From: Paraspadella gotoi | Taxonomy: Eukaryota; Animalia; Chaetognatha | Direction: 5' to 3' | Length of the DNA stretch: 64,000 nucleotides | Assembly (NCBI GenBank): GCA_051294375.1 | Contig: CM119268.1 | Location: forward strand, 16,756,467 to 16,820,466 | Part shown: in pieces, positions 24,639 to 37,246 of the stretch | Position numbering within the stretch: position 1 is the stretch's first letter | Layout: each line of letters opens with the position of its first letter | Translations under genes and position numbers: made by a program | The notes under the pieces: model-generated | Told to the model about the DNA's origin: nothing | What the model saw: only the letters and a program-made list of their open reading frames with translations | Database searches by the model: none

Positions 24639-27600
24639 CTAATTTTTTAGTTTTTTAAGAACTCTTTTCATAGCTTCCAATACCGAATTGTCTGATTGTG
24701 GGTGGGTTTCAGTAGTGTTTTGATCTTTTACCTTCATTAATTCACAATTAGACATGTTACAAATGCAAGTCTTGGGCTCATTGTAAATATAAGTAGTTTT
24801 AGTTTGATCTAGACATGTTAAATGAATTTTTCTTTTCTGGAATGATGACGGAATGCAACAACTACAACTCCCCATTTGTTTTGTATCCTGAGTTTTGTCA
24901 ACATTAACATATGTGAGTGAAGGACATAAACCAGCACATTCTTTAAGGTTTGGTAGTATTTGCTTGTTTTCACACAATTTTCCATCCTTAATTATCTTAA
25001 TAAACTGCTTACTCTGTTCAGGAATATCAAACATGTTTTTTACAGAGCAATTGGTTTCCGGCTTGTAGCAATGTTTTTCACATGTCATGCAACAACCTTC
25101 TTTGCTTGGGTCAGGTATGAGACAATTTTTGGTACAAGGTGTAGTAGGACATAAACCATATTTTGGAATTTTCTTTACTGTATAAGCAAATTTCCTGTCT
25201 TCTGTTTCTGATTTCTCACATAGGAGGTTGAAGCACGTATCATTAGGTGATTGCATTGATTCACCAACATCTAATGTTTGACCATGTACAATACATTGAG
25301 TCTGTACACATCGTCCACAACAATCATTTGCCTGTGGTGGAAAATATTCAAAGCCTATTTCACATTCTTCATCTTTGCAATGAATACAAGATTCTCTTTC
25401 CATAGGTAGTCCAGCTTCTTCATCCAATGTACAAGTGAAATTACAGCACTTGTCATGTATAAATGAATCATCAACCTCTAAAGTTATGTTATTTTCAAAA
25501 ACACATTTATTTTTGATACATGATCCGCAACACTGACCTTTTGGAACTATATACTCCTCTCCTAATTTACATTTAGTGTTGCAATCTGTAATCATTGTAA
25601 TAGTTTTAGCTTGCTCTGATTCTGAAATAATACATTCATAAACAGTACATGGATCATCTGCTCTTTGCCACTTTTCACCAGGTTTATGTATTTTTGGAGC
25701 TATTTTCAAAGATTTAGAATCTTCAAAACAAACGACAGGTTTGCACTCCCCACAACATGATAATTTTTTACCATTATCATCGAGGTTGGGCTCAAAATAC
25801 TTGTATCCAGGTTTTTCACACTGTTTATTGCATTTCTCTGGGCATGAACAAATCAAACCTTGACAACATTTGTTTACTTGCTTTGATTTGATTATCATGT
25901 CAGGTAATTTGCATTTTGGTTGAGGAGGAATTTTGCATTTATCACATACACAAGTTGATATATTACAGCAAACATCTTTAATTACCTCAAGTTTTTCATA
26001 ATGCTTGCAAATTGGTTTGTGAGGACATTGCTTTTCATCACATAGAATTTTAACTCGGTTACAACAAGATGATTTATCTATTTTTGCAACTTGACCTGGT
26101 CTTAAATCATTAGGTAATTTTGTTGTCGCACAATCTTCTTTCGAAATTTTACAAATACATTTATAAGTCTTACAACATGCTGCAGGATCAACTACTATCA
26201 TTCTTTGATCTTCTCTACATTCAGGCAGGGTAGGTTTGGAGCATTTTGATGGTGTACACTTACATATTGATTCATTGCAACATTTTCCTTCACGAATTAC
26301 TGATAGACTTTCATGTGGTTTACAAGTTGGCTCAGCTTTACATTGACCTTTGCAAAATACTTTCCATCTTTTACAACAAAATCGTTCATCTAAAACGGCA
26401 ACTTGACCTTCTTCAAGGAATGACGGCTTATCTTCATCTAAATCAGTACAATTAGAAGGACAATTACATGTCTTTTTCACACAGCAATCTCCAGGATTCA
26501 GATCAACTAGCTGTTTATCAAACTGGCATTTAATCTCAGGATTTATTTCACAAAGTGATTTAAGACAGGTACATTTTTTAGTTTCACAACATCTTCCTTT
26601 TGTTATTGTTTGCAAAGTCATTCCTGGTTCATCGCAAACAGGATCTGCTGGACATTTACCTGAGCAGCTGACCTTATATTTTGGGCAACAATAATTTTTA
26701 TCAAGCACTGCCAATTCTCCATCTTGAAGATCCGTAGGTTTTTCTTCTTTTGTACAGTTTTCTTTTGGAGGACAAACACATTCAAATTTCTTGCAGCATG
26801 CCTTAGAATTAACAACTTTTACTATCATATCAACCTTCTTACATACAGGGATTACAGTTGTTGGACATTTATCACATTGACATGCAGTTTTGTTACAGCA
26901 AGATCCTGCCATTGTGACTTTCAAGACTTGATCTTCTTCACAAATAGGTTCTTTTGGACATATACCACTACATACAATATTAGTAATTGGACAACAGCGT
27001 CCCTTTTTCACAACAACTGAAATCTGTCCTTCTTCTAGGTTATCTACTGGTTCAAGTTTTTCACATGGTTTATCTGGACATCTACACTCATATTGGTGAC
27101 AACATGCCGTTTGATCAATAATTTCAGGGATTTGACCAATTATAGAACAAGATGGAATCTTAACTTTTGGGCAAGAATCTTTAAAACATCCACATTCATA
27201 ATGGGGACAACATGTTCCATTCCTAACTATTGTTGCAATTTCATAATCCCCACACTTTGGTATGTTGGGACAAGTTGGGCCACAAACTTTATACCATTTT
27301 GGACAGCAACCCTTTTCATCCAAAACTGCGACTTCCCCAATATCTAAATCGTCTGGAGATTCAGTTTTAGTACAATTTTCACTAGGTATGCACTCACATC
27401 TAAAAGATTTACAGCAGGCATTTGGATCGATCATTTTTTGCACTTCATTTTCTCTGCACGAGGGTATGTCAACCTTTGGACATTTACTTGGCAGGCATGT
27501 GCATTTTTTCACCTCACAACATTCTCCATCAAAAACTGTTTCAAGTTGTTGCCATGATTCACAAGTAGGATCTTTAGGACATTGATCTTTATGACATTTT

Positions 27601-30600
27601 TTTATCCATTTATTACAACAATATCTTTCATCTTTTACAGCTACCATACCAGGTTCTAGTTTTTCAGGTTTTTTCTCATTTATCTTTTCACAATTTGGAC
27701 ATTCACAGACATTTTTTTTGCAACAATTATAAGGATCATCCGGCTTTTGAACAATTTTTTCATCTAAATGGCTACAAGTTACATTAACGTTTGGACAGGT
27801 TTCATTACAAACACACATATGTAAATTACAACAATGTAGTATTCCTATCGGAATTTGCTTGATCACTTGATTTTTTCCACATGTATTATTAAACTTGGGA
27901 CACAGTCTTTTGTCACAAACAAGAGCATCTCGTTTACAACAGTATTTTGGATCTTGAATTGCAACTTCTCCAGGAAAAACTGGTTTAATTGGTTTAACTA
28001 TGGGACATTCATCTGAGGCAGGGCATTTGCATTCATATTCTTTGCAGCATGAATTTTCATCTATAGCTTTTAACTTTTCATCCACATGAAGACAGGTTGG
28101 CATTGAGATCTTAGGACACTCAGATACAAAACACCCACATTTATATTCAGGGCAACAAGTACCATTTCTAATAATAACCGGATTCTGTGCAATGCCGCAT
28201 ACTGGCTCAGGTGGGCAGTTTGTACAAATTTTTTTCCATCTTGTACAACAATATCGATTGTCTCTTACAGCTTCTTGGCCTACTTCCAATTCTGGTTTGG
28301 ATTCATTCTTACATGTTTCTGTTGGTGGACACACACACCTGTATTCTTTGCAACAAGCATCTTCATCAACAACTTCAGGAACCTGATCATAAGGACAAAC
28401 AGGTGGTTGTTTGCTTTCTGATGGGCAAAGTTCTGGATAGCATTTACATGATGTATCATTACAACATTTTCCTTCATGAGTTACTACAGGTTTATGGCCT
28501 TTATCACAATTTTTTTCTGGAGGACAATTTCCTGAACATTTCCGATGAAGACTATCACAACAACCAGAATTATCTATTGAAAATGTTTCTCCTTTTTCTA
28601 AATCAATAGGGTTACTTATATTAGGACATTGCATTTTTGGTATGCATTCACATCCATAGGATTTACAGCAGGCTGCAGGATTTAAAACTACTAATTTTTC
28701 ATATTGCGAGCATTCTGGTAACTCCTCCTGATGGCATAGAGATGGATAACAACGACAACTAGTTTTATTACAGCATGATCCTTGTTGAACAATTTCAAGT
28801 TGTTCATGTTCATCACATACAGGATCAGCAGGACAAGAACCTGCACATTGCTTAACCCACTTATCGCAACAATATCTTTCATCCTTAACCCAAACTTGCC
28901 CAATTTCAAGAAGTTCGACTGAAGGTTGAGATTCATTAGTACAGTTTATTGGACATTTACAAGAATATTGTGGACAACATTCATCTAATGCATTAGTTCT
29001 TACAATTTTTTTATCAAAATAACATTCTGGCATGGGGTTTACTGGACATGTTTTTGGGTTACATGAGCATTTTGATAGATTACAACATGGTCCAGAGTCA
29101 TAAACTTCAGGAACCATTCCAGGCTCATCGCAAACAGATAATTTAGGGCAATCATTTTCTCCACTAGAAGTTTTTTTGCATTCAATTTTATATTTATTAC
29201 AACAATAATTTTTATCCAATACAGCTCTTTGTCCAGGACGTAAATTTTCAGGTTTTCTTTCTTCTTTTCCACTGCAGTTTTTAGGACAGGAGCATTCATA
29301 GTCTTTGCAACAATCATTTTGATTTATGATTATTAATTCCTCATCATATTCACATGTTGGAGGTTCAACAGGTGGACAAAGTTTTGGAAAGCACTCACAA
29401 GAGTACTCTGGGCAGCAGGTTCCATTTCTGACTATTTGTGGATTTTCCCATTTGTGAGTGCATTTTGGAGGGATTGGACATTTTTCTTTACAACACTTCT
29501 TTTCAAATTTCTTACAGCAAAAGTTTTCATTTTGAACCAAACATTGTCCTATCTCCAAACTATCGTTGGACTCTTTTTCATCAACACATGTTTCTTTGGG
29601 TGGGCAGATACATTGAAATTTTTTGCAGCAAGCCTTTTCATCAACTACACTGATTACTTGATCAAATTGACATTTAGGAATTGGAATTGCAGGGCACAGT
29701 GCTGGAAAACATCTGCAGGAAGTTTCATTGCAACATCTTCCTACTTTCACTATTTCTAATTGCTCATTCTCTTTGCACTCTGGATCTGGAGGGCATTTTG
29801 TATCACACGTGACATTCCATGGAGGACAGCAAAAATTCATATCTCTAATAGCTAGTTCACCAGCTTTAAGATGTGGTTTTTCTACAGTTTTACACTTAGA
29901 TGGGCACACACACTCATAAGTTTTACAACAATCTAAAGGATTACTTATAATTGCTATTTTATCAAATGGACACTCAGGTACAGTGACATTTGGACACAAA
30001 TGGGGATAACATTGACATTCAAATTTTTCACAGCATTTTCCTTTGTGAACAACCACCGGCTTTTCATGAGATTTGCACTCAGGTGGTTGACTGCACATCG
30101 TTTTATTACATTCTCTTTTCCATTTTGTACAACAAAAACTTTCATCTTTAACAATAATTTCTCCCTCTTGTAAATCTTCAGGTACGAGTTCATTTTCACA
30201 ATTCTTTGGGTCAGGACATACGCAGTGATAGCTTTTGCAACATGCATCCTCATCTATTATTTGTACCACCGTATCCTTTTTGCAGGTTGGAATTTTTTTA
30301 TTTGGACATTTTGTGGGATAGCATTCACATGCACTTTCATTACAGCAAGGTCCATTTCGAATGGTTCTCAAACTTTCATGCTCCAAACAAGTTGGTGGAG
30401 CAGGACAAGTCCCTGAGCATATGGTACATTTCTTCTCACAACATTTATAGTCAGGACATTGAACTTGAACTTGTCCAACATCTAAATTTTCAATCTTATT
30501 ACTGACTGGACATTTATCCTTAGGAATGCAGTCACATCTCCACTTCTTGCAACATGCATTTGGATCTTCTGCAACGACTTTCATATCAGGCCCACAGACT

Positions 30601-32246
30601 GGTGGAATTTTTGATTCTTTAGGACAATGATCTGGATCACAAGCACAGGTTGTTTGATTACAGCATTTTCCTTCAAATACAATTTCTTCTTTATGGCCAA
30701 TTGGACATTTCTTTGGAGGTGGACATTCGCCACAACATTCAATTTTCCATCTTTTTCCACAGAAGCGCTCATCTAAAACTGCACACTGACCAATTTCAAG
30801 ATCTTTAGGTTTAATATCATTAACAGTCTTTTCTGGGGCTGGACATTCACATTTGTATTTTTTGCAGCATTCATTTGGGTTAAGAACCTTTACTTTCTTA
30901 TCATATTCACAAGTTGGTAGAACTTTAGATTCTTCTGGACAACCTGGTGGAAAACATTTGCATGATGTCAAATTACAACATACTCCCTGGTGAATAACCT
31001 GTAATTGTTCATGTGCATTACAAACTGGCTCAGGAGGACAGTTATCATCTACACATTTTATAATCCATTTATCACAACAGTATGAAGGATCTTTTACAGC
31101 TATTTGCCCAGGCTGCAAATTAGTTGGCTTTTCCTCATTACGACCGTCACAATTTGAAGGACAGTGGCAGCTAAAATCAGGACAACAGGCTTCAGGATCA
31201 TTTATAGTAGGTACTTTATCACCATTACATTTTATGTCTGGTTTAGGGGGACATTTCTCTTTCACACATGCACATATACTCTTGTTACAACATTTCCCTG
31301 GCATTACAGCAATATCCTCAAATGATTTACAAATTGGTGGTTTAGGACAAAAGTCTTTGTTCATACATATTTTATCCCATTTATCACAACAACAGGAAGG
31401 ATTTTTGACTGCAATCTCACCGAAGTCAAGCTCTTCATAAGTTGGTTTAATTTCATGTGTACAATTTGATGGACAAGAACAAGTATATTCTTTGCAGCAT
31501 GCTTTTTCTTCCACTACAGTTCTTTGTCTATCACATATACATTGTGGTTGCTTAACAACTGGGCAGTTTTCTGGTAAACAAGCGCATACGGTGGTATTAC
31601 AACAAGTACCTTGATGAACGACATTGAGAATTTCATAGGATTTACAGACAGGAGGTAAAGGACATTTATCCTCAGGTACACACACAACATCAATTTTTTT
31701 ACAACAAAAGTTCTTGTTAATTGTAACTTGCTGCCCAATCTCTAAATCAGTTGGCTCAGTAACATTAGGACATTTTGACTTCTGTGGGCACTGGCACTTA
31801 TATGTCTTACAACATGCTTTGTCATCCACAACAACTGGTTCTTGATCATATGGGCAATCTGGAATCTTTATAACTGGACAGTTCTCAGGAAAGCAGGCGC
31901 ATTTGGTAATATTACAGCAATTTCCCTCATGGATGACTTCTAAGCGCTGAAAAGGTTGACAGGTCGGTGGCTGCGGGCAACTTTCTTTGATGCACTTACA
32001 TTCTTTTTTGGGACAACAATAATTTTTATCCTCTACAATGTGCTCACCCAAGTTTTTGCATTCAACTGTCTCATTTTCACATCTTGTCTTAGGTGGACAT
32101 ACACATTTATAAGTTTTGCAGCATGCTTTTGGATTAACTACTTCAATTATCTGATCAAATGGACAGTCAGGCATTTTAATTTCTGGGCAATGCTGAGGGA
32201 AACATTCACAGCTTGTTATATTACAACAAGGTCCTTGACCAATCAC
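24639..32246 (-). CDS. Giant hemolectin/mucin-like protein, exon 7 (7.6 kb): Cys-repeat array, 3 VWC domains, C-terminal cystine knot
   Basis: ttttttacCAG|GTG acceptor, phase 0, 2535 codons to stop. Ends with VWC motifs (PGEKW...DPC...CCGSC) and CTCK (CAGLCPS...CSCC...LTC...CIC). Confidence 0.97.
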   Translation of the reverse strand: MIGQGPCCNITSCECFPQHCPEIKMPDCPFDQIIEVVNPKACCKTYKCVCPPKTRCENETVECKNLGEHIVEDKNYCCPKKECKCIKESCPQPPTCQPFQRLEVIHEGNCCNITKCACFPENCPVIKIPDCPYDQEPVVVDDKACCKTYKCQCPQKSKCPNVTEPTDLEIGQQVTINKNFCCKKIDVVCVPEDKCPLPPVCKSYEILNVVHQGTCCNTTVCACLPENCPVVKQPQCICDRQRTVVEEKACCKEYTCSCPSNCTHEIKPTYEELDFGEIAVKNPSCCCDKWDKICMNKDFCPKPPICKSFEDIAVMPGKCCNKSICACVKEKCPPKPDIKCNGDKVPTINDPEACCPDFSCHCPSNCDGRNEEKPTNLQPGQIAVKDPSYCCDKWIIKCVDDNCPPEPVCNAHEQLQVIHQGVCCNLTSCKCFPPGCPEESKVLPTCEYDKKVKVLNPNECCKKYKCECPAPEKTVNDIKPKDLEIGQCAVLDERFCGKRWKIECCGECPPPKKCPIGHKEEIVFEGKCCNQTTCACDPDHCPKESKIPPVCGPDMKVVAEDPNACCKKWRCDCIPKDKCPVSNKIENLDVGQVQVQCPDYKCCEKKCTICSGTCPAPPTCLEHESLRTIRNGPCCNESACECYPTKCPNKKIPTCKKDTVVQIIDEDACCKSYHCVCPDPKNCENELVPEDLQEGEIIVKDESFCCTKWKRECNKTMCSQPPECKSHEKPVVVHKGKCCEKFECQCYPHLCPNVTVPECPFDKIAIISNPLDCCKTYECVCPSKCKTVEKPHLKAGELAIRDMNFCCPPWNVTCDTKCPPDPECKENEQLEIVKVGRCCNETSCRCFPALCPAIPIPKCQFDQVISVVDEKACCKKFQCICPPKETCVDEKESNDSLEIGQCLVQNENFCCKKFEKKCCKEKCPIPPKCTHKWENPQIVRNGTCCPEYSCECFPKLCPPVEPPTCEYDEELIIINQNDCCKDYECSCPKNCSGKEERKPENLRPGQRAVLDKNYCCNKYKIECKKTSSGENDCPKLSVCDEPGMVPEVYDSGPCCNLSKCSCNPKTCPVNPMPECYFDKKIVRTNALDECCPQYSCKCPINCTNESQPSVELLEIGQVWVKDERYCCDKWVKQCAGSCPADPVCDEHEQLEIVQQGSCCNKTSCRCYPSLCHQEELPECSQYEKLVVLNPAACCKSYGCECIPKMQCPNISNPIDLEKGETFSIDNSGCCDSLHRKCSGNCPPEKNCDKGHKPVVTHEGKCCNDTSCKCYPELCPSESKQPPVCPYDQVPEVVDEDACCKEYRCVCPPTETCKNESKPELEVGQEAVRDNRYCCTRWKKICTNCPPEPVCGIAQNPVIIRNGTCCPEYKCGCFVSECPKISMPTCLHVDEKLKAIDENSCCKEYECKCPASDECPIVKPIKPVFPGEVAIQDPKYCCKRDALVCDKRLCPKFNNTCGKNQVIKQIPIGILHCCNLHMCVCNETCPNVNVTCSHLDEKIVQKPDDPYNCCKKNVCECPNCEKINEKKPEKLEPGMVAVKDERYCCNKWIKKCHKDQCPKDPTCESWQQLETVFDGECCEVKKCTCLPSKCPKVDIPSCRENEVQKMIDPNACCKSFRCECIPSENCTKTESPDDLDIGEVAVLDEKGCCPKWYKVCGPTCPNIPKCGDYEIATIVRNGTCCPHYECGCFKDSCPKVKIPSCSIIGQIPEIIDQTACCHQYECRCPDKPCEKLEPVDNLEEGQISVVVKKGRCCPITNIVCSGICPKEPICEEDQVLKVTMAGSCCNKTACQCDKCPTTVIPVCKKVDMIVKVVNSKACCKKFECVCPPKENCTKEEKPTDLQDGELAVLDKNYCCPKYKVSCSGKCPADPVCDEPGMTLQTITKGRCCETKKCTCLKSLCEINPEIKCQFDKQLVDLNPGDCCVKKTCNCPSNCTDLDEDKPSFLEEGQVAVLDERFCCKRWKVFCKGQCKAEPTCKPHESLSVIREGKCCNESICKCTPSKCSKPTLPECREDQRMIVVDPAACCKTYKCICKISKEDCATTKLPNDLRPGQVAKIDKSSCCNRVKILCDEKQCPHKPICKHYEKLEVIKDVCCNISTCVCDKCKIPPQPKCKLPDMIIKSKQVNKCCQGLICSCPEKCNKQCEKPGYKYFEPNLDDNGKKLSCCGECKPVVCFEDSKSLKIAPKIHKPGEKWQRADDPCTVYECIISESEQAKTITMITDCNTKCKLGEEYIVPKGQCCGSCIKNKCVFENNITLEVDDSFIHDKCCNFTCTLDEEAGLPMERESCIHCKDEECEIGFEYFPPQANDCCGRCVQTQCIVHGQTLDVGESMQSPNDTCFNLLCEKSETEDRKFAYTVKKIPKYGLCPTTPCTKNCLIPDPSKEGCCMTCEKHCYKPETNCSVKNMFDIPEQSKQFIKIIKDGKLCENKQILPNLKECAGLCPSLTYVNVDKTQDTKQMGSCSCCIPSSFQKRKIHLTCLDQTKTTYIYNEPKTCICNMSNCELMKVKDQNTTETHPQSDNSVLEAMKRVLKKLKN

Positions 32247-32269
32247 CTGGTAAAAAAAGAAAAATTATT

Positions 32270-32940
32270 AAACAAGTTTGAGCAAACAATACCAGATCTG
32301 CCCACAATAATTAGCGGGACAGACAGACATATGGACATCATTATTTTTCCATATTTTATCATAATTTGATATTCTGACATGATCTCAGTGAACGACCGAC
32401 AAGATTGGGCGGGCAATTAGGCAATTAATTAATTAATTAATTTGATCCGAAATGTTTGTTTTTAGATCTTCTCGTCACTGACCATGACAAAAGCAACGAT
32501 GCTGATAATGGCGACGACGACAATAATACCGATAATGATTGAGTTGCTTGATTGATTGATTTATCGATTAATTAAATAATTAATTAATTGATAAATTAAT
32601 TGATTGATTAAATAATCAATTTATAGATAAATAAATCTATTTATTGAATAATATATTGATTAATAAATTGACTGAATAATTAATTATTGATTAATTAATT
32701 GATTAATTGATTAATTAACTGATTAATTATTTGATTAACTAATACTTCTTGCATTTACATTTAAACTAAAAAGAAAAAGAAGCATAATCAATTAGTGAAA
32801 CAGTTTTTTTTCCATTTGAACTAATTTCCACTCAAACGATTCTATCAAAATTAAATTTCCAGCCTTATCACACACTTTCCTACCCACATAAAAAAATTCA
32901 AGTCAATTGACCCATCCACAGTGATCGAAATGAGGTTTTT
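32270..32940 (+). mobile_element. Helentron/HINE-like element (rearranged copy) in intron 6
   Basis: Starts AAACAAGTTTGAGCA...CTGCCCAC like the 34461 copy; GACA microsatellite, TTAA-rich tract and one core repeat. Confidence 0.7.
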
Positions 32941-34109
32941 TTTCTCGGAAAATCTATGCCGATTGTGTAATTAGTTGGTTTTTAGTAGGTTGTTATATTA
33001 TAAGTAGTTATATTTAAAAAACTTTATTTGTTACCTTATAAAATGGTAAATATGTTTGTACGATTTTTTAAATTTGGTAAAAGAGAAAATAATTCTATCA
33101 TGGTTTTTTTAGATTGTTTCCTAGATTTTTTTTAGTAAAAACAGTAAAAGACAATGCTAAACACTAAATTTTGTATTGAATTAATCAAGCATCTAAATTG
33201 TTTTTAATTTCATCATAGCTTTTCAGTTTTAATATTATTTAAAATTTCCTTCCACAAAAATTTTTTATGGCCCAAAAATTAGGTGTCATCATAAAAACAA
33301 TGCTAATAAAGAGGATTATGGAATTGATAAGAAATATGATATAAGAATGATTCAGAATAAGACAATGATGTCAAAGTCCATATACCTTAGATATACCTAA
33401 ATAGCCAATATAACTTAGGAAAAAATTCTAACGAATAATAATAACGTTAACAAATAGAAATTTAAATTTGAAAAATCTCCTTTTCAAATGAAAAGAAATG
33501 AATTAACATTGACAAACAACTTGCCTCTCCTCTCCATATCTTAATGATAATTGGATACAATTATGTTTCTTTCTTCTTTTTGTCATTTTTTGCTTTTTAT
33601 TTTTTTTTCTCCTAGTTATAATTGTTCTTGTTAAGAACTAAGGTTTTTTTTTTATTAAAAATTTCTTTTAAAAAAATATTGTACAAAATAAATTAAGTCA
33701 TATCGAATCTTTGACAAAAAGTAAAATATGGTAGCTTCCTGATATGATGAATCATTAAATGCAGTGGAATTGGCCGTGCTTCCACGTGCTTCCATATAGA
33801 CTTTAGGCTAGTATTTGAAAACTTATAATATATATAAGTTATATACAGTAAAATGCTGTTCAAGCAAATTATAATTCAGTCCATGCAAACTATCTAGTTA
33901 TTGACAATGAGTAAAAAAAAGTTTTTATCGTTAAAATATCTACAAATAACAAAACAAAGTGAGCTCCAAAAAAAGAAAAGCCTTAAATCTCCAATATGAA
34001 TAATTTTTACAACCCGATATCATAAGACAGTGTTCTTGTGATATACCTAGACAGATTAAAAGAAAAATTATTAACATACCACCCTTTTTCCGAGTAAAAA
34101 AGTTATTTT

Positions 34110-35192
34110 GATGACTGTGCCATCCACACACGAGTAATTGGGGTTCAAATAGTGAAATATATATTTTTTTTCCATTTAAACTCATTTCCACTCGCACAAT
34201 TCCATCAAAACTTCATATCCAGCTCAATCACAGACTTCCCTACCCCCACAAAAAATGTCATTCCAATCCACCCATCCAATCACGAGTAATTGGAGTTTTT
34301 TGCTGAGGGTGGACAGACAGACTGACGGACTGACGGACGGACATCATTTTTTTTGCATAATTTATCATAATTCAATGTTCTGACATGATATAAGTGAATG
34401 CCCGACAAGATTTAGGGGGCGGACTGACGAACTGACAAAGTGGATTATAGAGTCGTTCTTAAACAAGTTTGAGCAGACAATGCCGGATCCGCCCACGATC
34501 ATTAGCGGTAAGCAGCTGATCAGATAAATAATTAATTAATTAATTAATTAAAATTGCAAAATCGTTTTCCACTTTGTCTTGCCTCTAAATCACAAAACAA
34601 CAATCTCGATGACAAAATTAATTAATTAATTAATTAATTACAAATAAATAATATTTAATTAATTACTTATTTATTAATAATTAATTAATGCAGCTTGAAT
34701 TTACATTTAATATAAAAACAAAAAAACATAATCAAATAATGAAATAGATTGTTTTTTTCATTTTAACTCATTTCCACTTGAACGATTCCATCAAAAATTT
34801 ATTTCCTGCTCAATCACACACTTTCCTACCAACATACAAAGTTTGAAGTCAATCGCCCCATTCACTCATGAGTAATTGGCGTTCAAATAGTGAAATATAT
34901 TTTTTTTTCCACTTAAACTCATTTTCACTTGGACGATTCCATCGAAACTCGATTTTCAGCTCAATCACACACTTTCCTACCCACACACAAAATTTCATTC
35001 CAATCTATCCAATTGGTGTTTTTTGCTAAGGTGGGACGGACGGACAGACAGACAGACAAACGGACGGACATACATAATTTTTTTGCATAATTTATCATAC
35101 TTCGATGTTCTGACATGATATAAGTGAAGATTTAAGATATAAGACAAGATTTGGGGGGCGGACCGACGGACCGAAAAAGTGAATTATATAAA
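34110..35192 (+). mobile_element. Two adjacent Helentron/HINE-like copies in intron 6
   Basis: The first copy ends ...AAAGTGGATTATAGAGTCG (~34455). The second starts AAACAAGTTTGAGC at 34461, has core repeats and (GACA/GGAC)n, and ends AAAGTGAATTATATAAAAA. Confidence 0.75.
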
Positions 35193-35404
35193 AATTTTAA
35201 ATTGGAAATTTTCAGAGATAGAAATATATTTACAAGATTTTAAAATTTCTGTTTTATTGGATGAAACGATATGAGAATTAGGACAAGCTGATATATTGAT
35301 AATAGTGATGATTTTTAAAGGTTTTTTCGTTTCTACAAAAATCCTCATGATTAAAAGAAATTAACTAATTCTTTTATTATTTTTATGAAATTGGAATCAC
35401 TTAC

Positions 35405-35625
35405 TTTTAAAATTTCATGAGATTTGCAACTCTTTGGGGAAGGGCAAGTTTCTTCTTTGCAGATCTTTAGCCATCTTGGACAGCAAAAGTCAGGGTCACG
35501 AATAATTACTTCACCAGGCTGAAGTTCAGTTGGCTTTAAGATATTTGGACATGATGACAAAGGAGGACATTTGCATTCATATTCTTTGCAACATGCAGAG
35601 GAATCCACTACAACCAGGCTTTCAT
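35405..35625 (-). CDS. Giant hemolectin/mucin-like protein, exon 6
   Basis: AAAAG|AT acceptor and AAA|GTAAGT donor, 221 nt, phase 1 to 0. Reads DESLVVVDSSACCKEYECKC...KSHEILK and continues the repeat register. Confidence 0.93.
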
Positions 35626-35691
35626 CTTTTTGAAAAAAAAGTTAGAATTAAGTTATCAAGTTTATTGCTTTAATGATTCAATGATTCTTAC

Positions 35692-35895
35692 CATGTTTGT
35701 TACATTTGGGCTGAGGAACAATAGGACATTTTGCTTTATTACATTCACAAAATCCTTTTTCACAGCACCTTCCATTCTTCTCCTTAATAAGGTCTTCATA
35801 TGACTTGCAACTAGGTAGTGAAGTGCACAGATCCTTTTTGCAAAATCGGATGTAAGAATCACAGCATTCGTCTTTATTTAAAATTGCAACTTCAC
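35692..35895 (-). CDS. Giant hemolectin/mucin-like protein, exon 5
   Basis: TTTCAG|GT acceptor and G|GTAAGA donor, 204 nt, phase 1/1. Reads GEVAILNKDECCDSYIRFC...PKCNKH (this frame is not in the ORF track). Confidence 0.93.
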
Positions 35896-35979
35896 CTGAA
35901 AATTTTTTTTAAAACCATTAGTTACTTAACCGCATAAGTTTTTTTAACAAGTAAAATTACTATTTTTAATTCTCCAAAC

Positions 35980-36141
35980 CTTCATCCAAGTCATCTGGTG
36001 CTTCAACCTTTGGACATAATTCAGCTGGTGGACATCTGCATTTATATTCTTTACAACATGCAGTAGGATCCTCTATGACTATTCTTTTTCCATTCAAACA
36101 CTCCGGCATTGGTTTTGTTGGGCAAAGTTTTGGATAACATT
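35980..36141 (-). CDS. Giant hemolectin/mucin-like protein, exon 4
   Basis: TTTTTAG|AA acceptor and AG|GTTTG donor, 162 nt, phase 1/1. Reads ECYPKLCP...CCKEYKCRC...DDLDE. Confidence 0.93.
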
Positions 36142-36367
36142 CTAAAAAATAAAGTAAAAAAATTAATTGATTAATTAGCTGAAACATGTACGTTTTATAA
36201 ACAAATAAATTCGTCATTTGAAATTAAAAGAAAAATATTTTTTTTATTCATTGCTAACTTATGTAATGAAAAGAAAAGTTCCAATTCTAAAATATATGAT
36301 TATCAAATTAGACTTATAGCAAAATTCTTGTGATTTATTAGGTTGTGTATTGAGATATAGCACTTAA

Positions 36368-37246
36368 GGGGACCAAGTGAACAGGGGGGATAAAAAGCTG
36401 AAAACATATATGTTTGACCCTTTAACTTAAGCTGGTTCTGATCATTATTAATTTTCTTTTATAATCATTTGGGAAAGTAGTTAAAAAATTTCGATAAAAT
36501 CAGCGAGCTTAATTTCTTTTTAAAAAATTGGTAAGAAGAAAATCTTTTTCAAGTTTAAAATTTTTTTTTCCAAAAAAAGGGTAAGATCTAATTTTAAAAA
36601 GATTTTCAGCTTTTATCACAAAAATTTATAAGAAAAAAAAATAGGAATGAATCAAAATTTAGGTATCGACTGATTTATTTTAAACTTTCTTTTCAAATGA
36701 TTCTGTTAATTGGATGAAAATAAAACTTTTTGAAGTAATATAATATATAAAAGAAGAGAAAGATTCTGTACTTTTGCTAAATTTTTAATTGTTATAATTA
36801 GGAATCAATATAGTTTAATTATACATTTAAGGCGATGAATATGAATATTAATTAATAATTATTACAGTTTTGTTTCTGTAAGAATAGAATTTAGGTTTGA
36901 TTTGTCTGCTTTAAGTAAATATAAAAATATAAAAATATTAGTCTTGTAAAGCCTTTGTTCAATGAGGCTTAAACCTAAAATTATAGCTTTGTACAGTAAA
37001 AAATAAAAAATGGAATTTAGTAAAAAATACTTTCTAATGCAAAAATAAAAAAAATGGATTATATAAATATTTAGGTAGGGTCAACTAAATTTTTTTTTCA
37101 TAATTATTAAATTTTTGTTTCCGCTACAATAAGGTAGGAATTTTTTGCCACTTTCCCGTACAAAGAAAAATTAATGACTATTACCATTCCAATTCCTTTG
37201 ATGATAGACCCTTAAGCTTATGATATCTTTTTATCACTGGGTCCCC
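36368..37246. mobile_element. Non-autonomous TTAA-targeting DNA transposon (Kolobok-like) in intron 3
   Basis: TTAA-GGGGACCAAGTGA ... TCACTGGGTCCCC-TTAA: 12/13 TIR match, TTAA TSD, purine-start termini (piggyBac would start CCY). Confidence 0.8.
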
